In this document: one piece after another, positions 29,110 through 38,758 of the stretch
Position numbering within the stretch: position 1 is the first letter of the stretch
Layout of the letters: every line of letters starts with the position of its first letter
Origin: an uncultured bacterium
Lineage (GTDB): Bacteria > Krumholzibacteriota > Krumholzibacteriia > Krumholzibacteriales > Krumholzibacteriaceae
Direction: 5' to 3'
DNA: 64,000 nt
NCBI GenBank assembly: GCA_963813815.1
Contig: CAWFAD010000007.1
Span: forward strand, 352,001-416,000
The notes under the pieces: generated by a model
What the model was told of the DNA's origin: nothing
What the model saw: the letters and a program-made list of their open reading frames with translations, nothing else
Databases searched by the model: none
Made by a program: the position numbers and the translations under genes

Positions 29110-29774
29110 CGGCGCATCTCGTACCGCACGAGGAAGCTCACCCAGAACGAGACGCCCTTTCCCCCCTCGCGGATCGGTTCGAAGAGAAACTGTCGGAGCG
29201 CCCGGAGGGACGATTCCTCGAACGAGCGCGGGCCGTAGGACGTCCTCACGTACGCTTCGCCCACGCTGCCGTCGGAGGAGATGTACGCTTCGACGAGCAC
29301 GTACCCTTCCTCGAGCGCGGCGAGCGCGTCCGCGGGGTATTCCGGCTCCACCATGCGGAGGATCACGTAGTCGAGGCGATAGGGAACGGGCGCCCGCGAC
29401 GCGTAGCTGCGGAACTCGAAATCCCCCGGAATCTCGGGAGCCACGATCGAAGGGCGCGTCGTTTCCGCGGGCCGCGGCGCGGGCTCGTTGCCTCGGTCGC
29501 GCCGCGGGCGGTCGAGCCCCTCGATGAACACGTTCTGGACCACGAGGGCGGTTCTCTGCGGGGCGACGATTCCCTCGGGCGTGCGGTCGTTGAGGACCGA
29601 GATCTCCGGCCGCAAGGCTTCCGGTCCCCGGTACCCGAAGAGAATGATGCTTTCAACGAGATCGACGCGGGCGAACGCCAAGAGAAGTATCGCGTGCGCG
29701 AGCAGGACGGGGAGAACGATGAGCGCGAGCCGTCGCCGGTACCTTCGATCATACTCGCCGATGCTGATCATCAC
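29106..29774 (-). CDS. TonB family energy transducer (TonB_C)
   Basis: N-terminal TM segment; PEYPADA....EEGYV.V...I..DGSV, FE.SSLRALRQFLFEP. Confidence 0.8.
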   Translation of the reverse strand: MMISIGEYDRRYRRRLALIVLPVLLAHAILLLAFARVDLVESIILFGYRGPEALRPEISVLNDRTPEGIVAPQRTALVVQNVFIEGLDRPRRDRGNEPAPRPAETTRPSIVAPEIPGDFEFRSYASRAPVPYRLDYVILRMVEPEYPADALAALEEGYVLVEAYISSDGSVGEAYVRTSYGPRSFEESSLRALRQFLFEPIREGGKGVSFWVSFLVRYEMRR

Positions 29775-29864
29775 CGCCGGGTGGCGCCTCCCTCCTCATC
29801 AATATCGCCGCCGGGACGCCGGGGTGTCAAGCCCGGCCCGCGGTGGGTCCCCCCGCGAGACCGT

Positions 29865-31949
29865 TCACTTGCCGGCGGCCATGATGCGGACCGTCGCTTC
29901 GAGCGTCCGTTCCGCCGCGAGGCGGATCCAGGCCCCGTCCTCCATGAGCCGCTCCGTCGCTTCATCCTCGACGGCGCCGCAGTAGATCTCGACGGCGGCG
30001 CAGGAGGTCTGCTGGAGGAAGAGACTCGACCCTTCATGGACGGCGAAGGCGCCGCCCGGAGGAAGAGTGGAAAGCGAAGCGGCGAGCGAATCGGCGGCGA
30101 GCCTTCCGCGCGCGCTTCCTGGGTAGTGGAACGCGAGCCGCGCTCCGCCGGTTCCACCGGGCGCCGCGCCGGCGCGAATGCCGATGGCGAGCTCGGCGCC
30201 GGAACGGTTCGCGGCGTACACGCGCTCCTGCGCCGACAGCGTTTCTTCACCTTCCCGCGTGAGCGCCACCTCGGCGCCGGCCTCCTCGAGGAGCTCGCGG
30301 AGGCTCCGTGCTATGGCGAGGTTGACCGAGGCGCCGCGCAGCCCCCGCCGGCCGAATCCGCCCGGCTCCGCGCCGCCGCCGCCCGGGTCGATCGCGATGC
30401 GCCGCCCGGCGAGAACCCCGCCGTAAAGAGGTTCGAGCTCGACGACGCTCTCCGCCGCCGGCGAGCCGCCCCCGATCGCGGCGAGCGCGACGGCCGCGGC
30501 ACGGTAACCGCGCGCGCTCACCCGGAGCGTTTCGCCCGCGGCCGAGCGCGGGAGGAGCAGCGCGCCGCGCGGGTCGCCGGCGACGCTGCCGAACGACGAC
30601 GACGCCGCGGAGGGCCGGGGGACGGGGCGGCGCGTTCGCGCGTCGATCACGAGCATGCCGATCTTGTCCGTCGGGTCCAGTGCGGGGAAGCCGATCGTAT
30701 CCGAGTAGGCTCCCGCCGATACGATGAACACGTCTCCGGCGTCGGGGGGGCGCTCCGCCGTGAACCGGGCGATTCCGCCGCGGCACGCGTCGGCGAGCTT
30801 CCACCCGCGCCGCGGCGCCGAGAGGACGACCGGTGTTCCGTCGGCGACGGGCATGGCGAGCTCGTCGAGAATCATGAGGGAGAGTTGCACCTCGGCGCCG
30901 AAGGGCCGCGGCACGAGCGGCACGGCGTGACGCGCGGGGCGGTTCAGCAGGACGGTGAAGGGCTTGCTGCGCCCGGTGGCTCCGCGCGCGCTCCGTACGG
31001 ACGCCTGCACGGCGTAGGGGCCGTTCGGAAGCTCCCCGTCCATCGGCCAGCGGATGGCCGACGTGTCGGGGTCGACGATCGGGACGACCTCGCTCGCGCC
31101 GATCGTGATCCGCGCCGAAGCGGGATCGAGCGGCACGCCGGCGTCTCCGCGCACGCTGAAAACGAGCTCCGCGGGCGCGGCGACGGTATCGGCGACGGGG
31201 GCGCGGCGCTCGACGGACGGCACGCCGCGCGAGAAATAATCGACGAGCCCGAGAAAATAGGCCTGAGCCTCGAGCTTTTGCTTGTCCGCGAGACGGAGCC
31301 GGTTCTCGACGAGCGGATGCGAGAGATAGCTCGCCTCTCCGAGCACGGCCGCGTGCGCGGCGGAGGATCGCAGGACGAGATAGTTGCCCGGTTTCACCTC
31401 CGCGGCGGCGATGCCGAGGTTCCGCGAGAGGTGAACCTGGACCGCCTGCGCGAGCTCGAGGGAGGGTCCCGGGTCGTTCGAGCGATAGTACGCCTCGATT
31501 TTGTTGAGGGCGCGGTCGAGGGCGAGGTTCGAGTTGTGGTGTATCGAGATGAAAACGTCCGGATCGAGCTCGTTCGCCGCCTCCGAGCGCGCGTCGAGAT
31601 CGTCCCGCGCCTCGGTCGAGCCTTCGGGGAGCCGGTCGCGGTCGGTTGTCCGGGTGAGATGGGCATCGGCTCCCGCGTCCGCGCACAGCCCCCAAAGGTA
31701 GAGGGCCACGCCGAGATTCGCGTCCGCCTCGCGCAGGCTGTCGAGCCCGACGGCGCCGGCGAAGCTGCCGCCGTGGCCGGGATCTATCACGATGCGTTTG
31801 CCCGTGAGAACGCCCGCCGGAAAATCCTCCGGCCTCTCGGCGAGGTCCACATAGATCCGCTCGACGGGGGGCGCCGTCTTCGGAGCGCACCCCGCGGCGA
31901 GAACGCATCCGGCGAGCGCCGCGGCGACGGGGAATCTTAATTGGTTCAT
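29865..31949 (-). CDS. N-acetylmuramoyl-L-alanine amidase lipoprotein with two Amidase_3 domains
   Basis: Lipobox LAAGC; domain 1 IVIDPGHGG..READAN..FISIHHN..LGE; domain 2 IAIDPGGGG..LTR..ER...AN. Confidence 0.88.
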   Translation of the reverse strand: MNQLRFPVAAALAGCVLAAGCAPKTAPPVERIYVDLAERPEDFPAGVLTGKRIVIDPGHGGSFAGAVGLDSLREADANLGVALYLWGLCADAGADAHLTRTTDRDRLPEGSTEARDDLDARSEAANELDPDVFISIHHNSNLALDRALNKIEAYYRSNDPGPSLELAQAVQVHLSRNLGIAAAEVKPGNYLVLRSSAAHAAVLGEASYLSHPLVENRLRLADKQKLEAQAYFLGLVDYFSRGVPSVERRAPVADTVAAPAELVFSVRGDAGVPLDPASARITIGASEVVPIVDPDTSAIRWPMDGELPNGPYAVQASVRSARGATGRSKPFTVLLNRPARHAVPLVPRPFGAEVQLSLMILDELAMPVADGTPVVLSAPRRGWKLADACRGGIARFTAERPPDAGDVFIVSAGAYSDTIGFPALDPTDKIGMLVIDARTRRPVPRPSAASSSFGSVAGDPRGALLLPRSAAGETLRVSARGYRAAAVALAAIGGGSPAAESVVELEPLYGGVLAGRRIAIDPGGGGAEPGGFGRRGLRGASVNLAIARSLRELLEEAGAEVALTREGEETLSAQERVYAANRSGAELAIGIRAGAAPGGTGGARLAFHYPGSARGRLAADSLAASLSTLPPGGAFAVHEGSSLFLQQTSCAAVEIYCGAVEDEATERLMEDGAWIRLAAERTLEATVRIMAAGK

Positions 31950-32052
31950 CGACCACTCCTTTGCACGGATCGGGCCGTTTCGCGCTCATTCTTCATCAAA
32001 GGGCGGCCATCCATCAAGGGACAAATGGTGGTCGAGGGGGGTTTTCGGCGCC

Positions 32053-32100
32053 GCTCCATATATTGTGAAAATTGTTGACGCTATATACCATATATGGTAG
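32053..32100. promoter_or_regulatory. Two tandem NrdR-box-like operators overlapping a candidate promoter (TTGACG-17-TAGAAG)
   Basis: gctCcAtATaTtGtga (32053-32068) and ataCcAtATaTgGtag (32085-32100), 32 bp apart, close to the NrdR consensus acaCwAtATaTwGtgt. Confidence 0.65.
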
Positions 32101-32128
32101 AAGATGGCAGATTTCGTTACAGTAACGA

Positions 32129-33556
32129 GTGAAGCAGGTCATGGAAATGCACGAGCACCTCAAAAAGCTGCCGTCGGTGGAGCGTATCCTCGAAGACCCC
32201 CGGGTCGCGGGGAGAATCACGCTCCTCTCGCGCAAGGGAGTCACGCGGCTCGTGCGCGAGACGATGGAGGTCTTCCGCGAACGGTTGCTCAAAGGGGATA
32301 TGGCCGCGAGCTCCGAGGAGAACGTGCGGGCGTCGATCGCCGACGACGTGGCGCGGAAGCTCGAAACGATCGAGCGCGGCGGGCAGCGCCGCGTCATCAA
32401 CGCCACGGGGGTCATTCTCCACACGAACATCGGCCGCGCGATCCTCGGCGAGGGAGCGAGGCGGGCGATCGAGGAGGCCGCTTGCGGATACGTCGATCTC
32501 GAGATCGATCTCGAGAGCGGCGAGCGGACGGAGCGGGGAGAGCGCGTTTCTCGGCTTCTCTCGCTCCTCACGGACGCCGAGGACGCGCACGTCGTGAACA
32601 ACAACGCCGCGGCCGTGCTGCTCGCCGTCGAAACGCTCGCGGGAGAGGGGGCGGTGGCCATCTCGCGCGGCGAGCTCGTCGAGATCGGAGGCTCCTTCCG
32701 GCTGCCCGAGATTCTCTCGCACGCGGCCCGTCGCGTGATCGAGGTCGGCACGACGAACCGCACCCACCGCAAGGATTACGAAAAGGCGATCAAGGAGGGG
32801 GCCACACTCCTCCTCAAGGTGCATACGAGCAACTACCGCATCGTCGGCTACACGAACGAAGTGCCGCTCCGCGATCTCGTCGAGCTCGGGCGGGCCCGCG
32901 GCGTGCCGGTGATGTACGACCAGGGAAGCGGCGTTCTCTTTCCGCTCGCGACGAGGGGGATCGAGGGGGAGGAGTGCCTCGCCGACGTCATGGCGAGCGG
33001 CGTCGACCTCATGAGCTTCAGCATGGACAAGGTGCTCGGAGGACCGCAGGGAGGAGCGATCGTCGGCAGGGCCGGTCTCATCAGGCTCATGCGCGAAAAC
33101 CATCTCGCCCGGGCGCTCCGTCTCGACAAGATGACGCTGGCGGCCCTCGAAAGCGTGCTGCTCGAATACTGGCGCGGGAGATTCGACGAGGTGCCGGCGC
33201 TGCGCATGATCACGGCCGATATCGAGAGCGTGCGCTCCCGCGCGGAGACGATCGCATCGCGCCTCCGCGAGAGCTGCGCCGGAGGGATCGAAGCGGCGCT
33301 CGAGGAGGCGGAGTCGTCGATCGGGGGAGGGAGCTTTCCCAGTAACCCCTTGCGGTCGGTTCTCGTACGGGTTACTCTTCCCGGGAGCCGCGCGGAGAAG
33401 ATCGCGGCGCGGTTGCGCTCTGGATCGCCCGCGGTGCTCGTCCGTGTCAGGGAACAATCGATCATGATCGATCCGCGTACCGTTCTCCCCGGCGAGGAGG
33501 ACGCGCTCGTCGAGAGGTTCGCAGTGGCATTCGGCGCTCTGTGCCGGAGGGAGTGA
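32129..33556 (+). CDS. selA: L-seryl-tRNA(Sec) selenium transferase
   Basis: VINATGVILHTNIGRA, VVNNNAAAV, SRGELVEIGGSFR, EVGTTNRTH, KVHTSNY, DKVLGGPQ; exact start uncertain (GTG 32129 or ATG 32141). Confidence 0.96.
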   Translation: MKQVMEMHEHLKKLPSVERILEDPRVAGRITLLSRKGVTRLVRETMEVFRERLLKGDMAASSEENVRASIADDVARKLETIERGGQRRVINATGVILHTNIGRAILGEGARRAIEEAACGYVDLEIDLESGERTERGERVSRLLSLLTDAEDAHVVNNNAAAVLLAVETLAGEGAVAISRGELVEIGGSFRLPEILSHAARRVIEVGTTNRTHRKDYEKAIKEGATLLLKVHTSNYRIVGYTNEVPLRDLVELGRARGVPVMYDQGSGVLFPLATRGIEGEECLADVMASGVDLMSFSMDKVLGGPQGGAIVGRAGLIRLMRENHLARALRLDKMTLAALESVLLEYWRGRFDEVPALRMITADIESVRSRAETIASRLRESCAGGIEAALEEAESSIGGGSFPSNPLRSVLVRVTLPGSRAEKIAARLRSGSPAVLVRVREQSIMIDPRTVLPGEEDALVERFAVAFGALCRRE

Positions 33557-33562
33557 TTCGTC

Positions 33563-35017
33563 GTGCATGATGAGCGTAGGGCAGCGAAGAAGGACTCCTG
33601 CGGCTCCGTCGAGGGAGGTTTTACGATCTCTCTGGACGAGGACCGCATTCGGGTGTTCATGGAGGCGGGGGATTTTTCGTCGGCGGGCGAGCTCGAGCAT
33701 TTCGCTGGAATCGGCGCCCAGATCGACGCTCGCGTTCGGGGGGGCGGCGGCGGTGTATCGCTGCTCGCGCTCTCGATCGGCGGCAAGGGGCTCGAGCGGG
33801 ATTTCGCCGTGCTCGAGATCGCGCATCTGCTCGCGAAGAACGGCAAGAGCGTGCTCGTCGTCGACTGCGACTTTCTCCACCCGGGGCTCGGCGGCCTCGT
33901 CGAAAACCTCGAGGAGCACGGGTTCCTCGATCTGCTGCTCTACGGAAGCTCGCTCAAGTCGGTGGCGAGGACGATCGGAATCGACGGCGTGACGATCGCC
34001 GGACCGGGATCCTTCCCCGTGTCGCGCACGATTCCCTTCGCCCTCAAGGAATTCGACAAGATCAGGGATTTTCTGCGGTCGAAGCACGATGTCGTGATCT
34101 ACTGCACGACGCTCCACACGGAGGACGGGCGGCTCAACCCGCTCGTTCCGCTCGTCGACGGCGTCATCGTGGCCTGCCGTATCGAGAATCTCGCCGAGGG
34201 CGAGCTCGAGCGGCACGTCGCAGCCCTCGGCGCCGAGCGGGCGAAATCCGTGGAGCTCGTTTGCTTCTGCGGCAGGCGCGAGGAGGCGCCCGTCGCTGCC
34301 GCCGCCCGTCCGGCCCCGGAGGCCGCGCGGGAGGTGCCGCGCATCGAGCTCAAACGCGAGGCGGCCGGGGATGAGGCCCTGCCGGTCCCGGCCGGAGAAC
34401 CCGCGGGGGACGTCGTTCGCGAGGCGGGCGAGCCGGGGGGCGGACGGCGCTTCAGCAGGCTCCGGATTCTGCTCGCCGCCGGCGCCGTGATCGTGGCTGC
34501 CTTCGTCGTCTGGTGGCTGGCGATGAACCGGACGGTGAAGGACGAAGTCTCTCCGGCCGGTCTGCCGTCCGCCGCGGTCGAGCGCCCCGGGGCCGACACG
34601 GGCGCCGCTCCCGTCGACTCGGGAGCGGCCGAAGAGGGCGCGCTCGCCGGCGGAGGACTCGACACCGCCGCGGCGGCCGCGGATGGAGCGGATCGGCAGC
34701 CCTCCCCCGCGGAGCGGGGCACGGAGGAAAAACCGGCCCCCGCCGCCGAAACGGCGCGAACGGGTCCGGCGAAATACACGATACATGTCGCCTCCTTCAC
34801 CGATCCGGTTCGGGCCGAGGCGGAGAAGGAGCTGCTCGAGAAGAGCGGGTTCTCCGTGCGCGTCGTCGAGGTGCCGATCCGCGGAGAGCGGTGGCTCCGC
34901 GTGTTCGCGGGCTCCTACGCGACCACGGAGGAGGCCGACGGCGCGCGGCTCGAGATCCTCGCGCTCAAGGGACACGCCTACGCGCGCATCGTCGAGATCG
35001 ACAAGGCGGGAAGATAG
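33563..35017 (+). CDS. Membrane protein: degenerate CpsD/MinD-like P-loop domain + TM + linker + SPOR domain
   Basis: LA..GKSVLVVDCDFLHPGL, DGVIV; TM LLAAGAVIVAAFVVWW; C-terminal YTIHVASF...WLRVFAGSYAT.EEA. Confidence 0.75.
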   Translation: MHDERRAAKKDSCGSVEGGFTISLDEDRIRVFMEAGDFSSAGELEHFAGIGAQIDARVRGGGGGVSLLALSIGGKGLERDFAVLEIAHLLAKNGKSVLVVDCDFLHPGLGGLVENLEEHGFLDLLLYGSSLKSVARTIGIDGVTIAGPGSFPVSRTIPFALKEFDKIRDFLRSKHDVVIYCTTLHTEDGRLNPLVPLVDGVIVACRIENLAEGELERHVAALGAERAKSVELVCFCGRREEAPVAAAARPAPEAAREVPRIELKREAAGDEALPVPAGEPAGDVVREAGEPGGGRRFSRLRILLAAGAVIVAAFVVWWLAMNRTVKDEVSPAGLPSAAVERPGADTGAAPVDSGAAEEGALAGGGLDTAAAAADGADRQPSPAERGTEEKPAPAAETARTGPAKYTIHVASFTDPVRAEAEKELLEKSGFSVRVVEVPIRGERWLRVFAGSYATTEEADGARLEILALKGHAYARIVEIDKAGR

Positions 35018-35104
35018 CGGGGGGACGCTCTCGGCCCCGCGCGGGAGGAAACGCTCTCCGGCGCGAGGAACGCCGGGATGACGACAGCTGGAGGATGATG
35101 TTAC

Positions 35105-38100
35105 GTGAGCCTTTCTAAGATCGAGCTCGTCGGCTTTAAATCGTTCATGGCGCCGATTACCCTGCAGTTTCGGGAAGGCATCACGGCGATCCTCGGTCCG
35201 AACGGGTGCGGCAAGACGAATATCGTCGACGCGGTGCGATGGGTGCTCGGCGAGCAGAGCGCCCGGCAGCTGCGAGGCGCGAAGATGGAGAACGTGATCT
35301 TCAACGGCACGCAGGCGCACAAGCCGATGGGGTTCGCGTCGGTGAACCTCACGATCAACAACGAGCGCGGACAGTTTCCGCTCGATTTCTCCGAGATCCT
35401 GATCACCCGCAAGGTCTACCGCTCGGGAGTGAGCGAGTATTTCATCAACAAGGCCCCCTGCCGCCTCAAGGATATCCGGGACCTCTTCGCCGATACGGGC
35501 ACGGGGAGCCACTCTTACTCGGTCATCGAGCAGGAGATGATCGACTGGGTTCTCAACAACGTCCACGGCGAACGGCGTCTCATGTTCGAGGAGGCCGCCG
35601 GCATCGTGAAATACCGGATGCGCCGCGAAGAAGCGCAGCGGAAGCTCGATCAGACGGGAGCGGATCTCGTTCGTCTCGAGGATATCCTCGATGAGCTCCG
35701 CAAAACGGTCGGATCGCTCAAGTACCAGATGGCGAAGGCGCGCCGGTACCAGATCATACGCGACCGCATCCGCGGATGGGAGCTCGTCTGTCTCCGGCGT
35801 CAGCTCGGCGAGCTCCTCGCCGAGCGCCGGGAGGCCGACGGCGCGCTCGCGGGGCTCGTCGATCTCACGAAGAACGAGGACACCTCCCTCGCGGATCTCG
35901 AGCGCAGGGTCGAGGAGGCCCGCGCCGCGCATCTCGAGCTCGAGCGCCGGCGTTCGGAGCTTCAGAACGGCCGCTACGATCTGCGCCGCCGGATCGAGTC
36001 GTCCGAGGGAACGATCATCCAGTTCACCGAACGGCAGAGCCACGCGCGCGCCCGCGTGGACAAGGCGAAGCGCGAGATCGAGGAATCCGAGAAGCGTCTC
36101 GCGGGGATCGCGGGCCGGCGCGCCGACGTGGAACGCCACGCCGCCGACACCGATGCGCGCATCGCGGCCGAGGACGCCACGGTCGCCGATCTCGCCCGCG
36201 AGCACCGCGAGCTCTCCGAAAAGATACAGGCGCTCCAGGCGAAGCTCATGGACGCCAAGCAGACGCAGCTCGATTTTCTGCAGGACCGCGTGCGGGCCAA
36301 AAGCTCGCTCGAGCACTACGAGGGAATGCTCGCCGAGCTCGACGGGCGCTCGGCGGAGATCCGGGAACGGATCGCCGACACGGAGCGCGCGGGCGCCGAG
36401 ATCGTGTCGGGCAAGGAGCGCGCCGCAGCCGTTTGCCGGGAGCTGGAGGAGCGGAGCGCGGGACTCGAGCGGGAGCGTCTCGAGCTCGTGGATGCGGTGC
36501 GGGAAACGGAGCGGCGGATTCTCGACGTCGAGCGGCGGCTGGCGGGGAAGAGAGTCGAGCTCGACGCGGTTCGCGGAAAGCACGACCTCCTGCGGCGCAT
36601 GAAGGAGAACTTCGAGGGCTTCCCCGGCGGAGCCCGGCATCTGCTGTCGAACGGCGACGGCAGGATCCGGGGACCGCTCGTCGAGTTTCTCCGCGTCGAG
36701 GATCGGCACCGGAGCGCCGTGGAAGCGGCGCTCGGGGGAATGCTCGAGGGGATCGTCGTCGGCGAGAGCGCCGACGGGCTCGCCCTCGTGCGCGATCTCG
36801 CCTCGGCGAAGCACGGCCGCGTGCGGCTCTTCGCCGCCGCCGATTCCTCCGGCCCGCGCCCGGAGGGCGCCGGATCCCCGGCGGGATCGCTCGGCGCGCT
36901 CTCGTCGTTCGTCGGCGTCGATGAGCCGTACCGGGCGCTCGTCGAGAGCCTGCTCGGAGACGTGTATCTCTTCGACGATCCGGACGCCGCGCTTTCCTTC
37001 GTCGCGTCTCCGGCGGGGAGCTCGGCCTCGGCGGTCACCCTCTCGGGCGTTTCGATTTCGCGCGCGACGGGAATCTATTTCGCGGGAGGAGCGAGGGAGG
37101 AGTTCTCGCTGCTCGGACGGAGCGGCGAGATCGACCGCGCCGCGGAGGCGATCCCCGTTCTCGACGCGGAGATCGTTTCGCTCTCGGGCGAGTGCGCCGA
37201 CGCCCGCCTCGCCCGCGACCGGTCGGCCGTCCGCATGGGCGAGATCGAGGCGGGCATTCGGGATCTCCGGGAGGAGCATGCGCAGCGCAACGAGGAGCTT
37301 CAGGTCCTCGAGCGCGACCACGCAGGGAGCCGCGAGAAGGTGGCTCTCCTCATGAGGTCGGTCGACGAGATCGAGGCGGCGCGCTTCGAAACGCTCTCGA
37401 AGCTCGAGGAGGTGAAGCTCTCCCTCAAGATGCGGGAGGAGGCCGGTTCCCCGGCGGAGGGAGAGTGGATGGAGACCGAGCTCTCGGGTCTGCACAAGCG
37501 CAAGGAAGAGGTCGAGACCGCCACGACCGATCGCCGGGTGGCGCTCGCATCGCTTCGCGGCGGTCTCGAGAAGGATCGCGAGGAGCAGAAGGGGCTCGCC
37601 GAGATGGAGCAGCAGTTCCGCTCGATCGCCGACGAGCGGGGAGGGGAGATCGAGACCTCGACGCGCGAGACGGTTGAGCTTGAGGCCTCGATCGCCGCGG
37701 AGCGCGGTTCGGTCCGCGAGCTGCTCGAGGAAGAGCGGGGTTTCGAGTCGTCGCTCAATTCCCTCACCGGAGAGCTCGAGGAGCGAAGGGGCCAGGCGGA
37801 GGCCGCGGAAAAGGAGCTCAAGAGCCGCGCGGCGGAGCGCGAGCGGATATTCGAAAGGCTGAACGAGACCAAAATCGCGCTCTCGACGATCGGCGCGCGG
37901 ATGGGCGGCCTCATCGAGAAGGGGCGGGAGCTCTACCGCGAGGATCTCGGCTGCTACCTCGAGGGCAAGGAGCTTCCCCTCACCGAGGAGGAATCGACCG
38001 TCGATCGCGACATGCTCGAGCGGGAGCGCCGGAAGCTCGAATCCCTCGGCCCGGTGAACCTGGCCGCGGTCGACGAGTATGCCGAGAAGAAGTCGCGTCT

Positions 38101-38713
38101 CGATTTTCTCGAGGCGCAAAAGGCCGATCTCGTGAAGGCCACCGAGGAGCTTGCCGAGGCGATCGGAAAGATCAACGCCCGCGCGCGCGAGCAGTTTCTC
38201 GAGACCTACACCGCCGTGCGCGCGAATTTCCAGGAAACCTTCAAGATTCTCTTCGAGGGGGGAGAGGCGGACCTCGCCCTCGGCGAGGGGGAGGATCCCC
38301 TCGAGGCGGACATCATCATCACGGCGCGGCCCCGCGGAAAGCGCCTGCAGGATATCGCTCTCCTCTCGGGGGGAGAACGGGCGTTGACGGCCCTCGCACT
38401 GCTCTTTGCCCTCTACAAGGCCAAACCGAGCCCGTTCTGCATCTTCGACGAGGTCGACGCTCCCCTCGACGACGCCAACATACAGCGTTTCGTGCGCATG
38501 CTGCACGTCTTCAAGAAGGACACGCAGTTCATCATCATCACGCACAACAAGCGCACGATGGAAGCGGCCGAGCAGCTGTACGGGGTGACGATGGAGGAGC
38601 TCGGCGTTTCGCGGGTCGTGTCGGTCGATTTCGCGAGCATCGAGCAGGTCATGAAGAACCGCGCGGCCTCCGGACGCGCCTTGATGCCGTCGGAGGTCTC
38701 CTCCAACAACTAG
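35105..38713 (+). CDS. smc: Chromosome segregation protein SMC
   Basis: GFKSF, GPNGCGKTN, FEEAAGI, coiled coils and hinge, LGPVN, LLSGGE, DEVDAPLD, QFIIITH. Confidence 0.98.
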   Translation: MSLSKIELVGFKSFMAPITLQFREGITAILGPNGCGKTNIVDAVRWVLGEQSARQLRGAKMENVIFNGTQAHKPMGFASVNLTINNERGQFPLDFSEILITRKVYRSGVSEYFINKAPCRLKDIRDLFADTGTGSHSYSVIEQEMIDWVLNNVHGERRLMFEEAAGIVKYRMRREEAQRKLDQTGADLVRLEDILDELRKTVGSLKYQMAKARRYQIIRDRIRGWELVCLRRQLGELLAERREADGALAGLVDLTKNEDTSLADLERRVEEARAAHLELERRRSELQNGRYDLRRRIESSEGTIIQFTERQSHARARVDKAKREIEESEKRLAGIAGRRADVERHAADTDARIAAEDATVADLAREHRELSEKIQALQAKLMDAKQTQLDFLQDRVRAKSSLEHYEGMLAELDGRSAEIRERIADTERAGAEIVSGKERAAAVCRELEERSAGLERERLELVDAVRETERRILDVERRLAGKRVELDAVRGKHDLLRRMKENFEGFPGGARHLLSNGDGRIRGPLVEFLRVEDRHRSAVEAALGGMLEGIVVGESADGLALVRDLASAKHGRVRLFAAADSSGPRPEGAGSPAGSLGALSSFVGVDEPYRALVESLLGDVYLFDDPDAALSFVASPAGSSASAVTLSGVSISRATGIYFAGGAREEFSLLGRSGEIDRAAEAIPVLDAEIVSLSGECADARLARDRSAVRMGEIEAGIRDLREEHAQRNEELQVLERDHAGSREKVALLMRSVDEIEAARFETLSKLEEVKLSLKMREEAGSPAEGEWMETELSGLHKRKEEVETATTDRRVALASLRGGLEKDREEQKGLAEMEQQFRSIADERGGEIETSTRETVELEASIAAERGSVRELLEEERGFESSLNSLTGELEERRGQAEAAEKELKSRAAERERIFERLNETKIALSTIGARMGGLIEKGRELYREDLGCYLEGKELPLTEEESTVDRDMLERERRKLESLGPVNLAAVDEYAEKKSRLDFLEAQKADLVKATEELAEAIGKINARAREQFLETYTAVRANFQETFKILFEGGEADLALGEGEDPLEADIIITARPRGKRLQDIALLSGGERALTALALLFALYKAKPSPFCIFDEVDAPLDDANIQRFVRMLHVFKKDTQFIIITHNKRTMEAAEQLYGVTMEELGVSRVVSVDFASIEQVMKNRAASGRALMPSEVSSNN

Positions 38714-38758
38714 CGTCGGGCGGCCGCGCGGGGCGCGGCGGCGCGCCGGAGGCGGGGC

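Noticed and set aside
29801..29830. Minus-strand promoter for tonB (TTGACA-18-GATATT)
   Set aside because: Good -35 but weak -10 and suboptimal spacing; too uncertain to list as a feature
32063..32080. Rex box (TTGTGAA-N4-TTCACAA)
   Set aside because: Only the left half-site matches; the NrdR reading fits better
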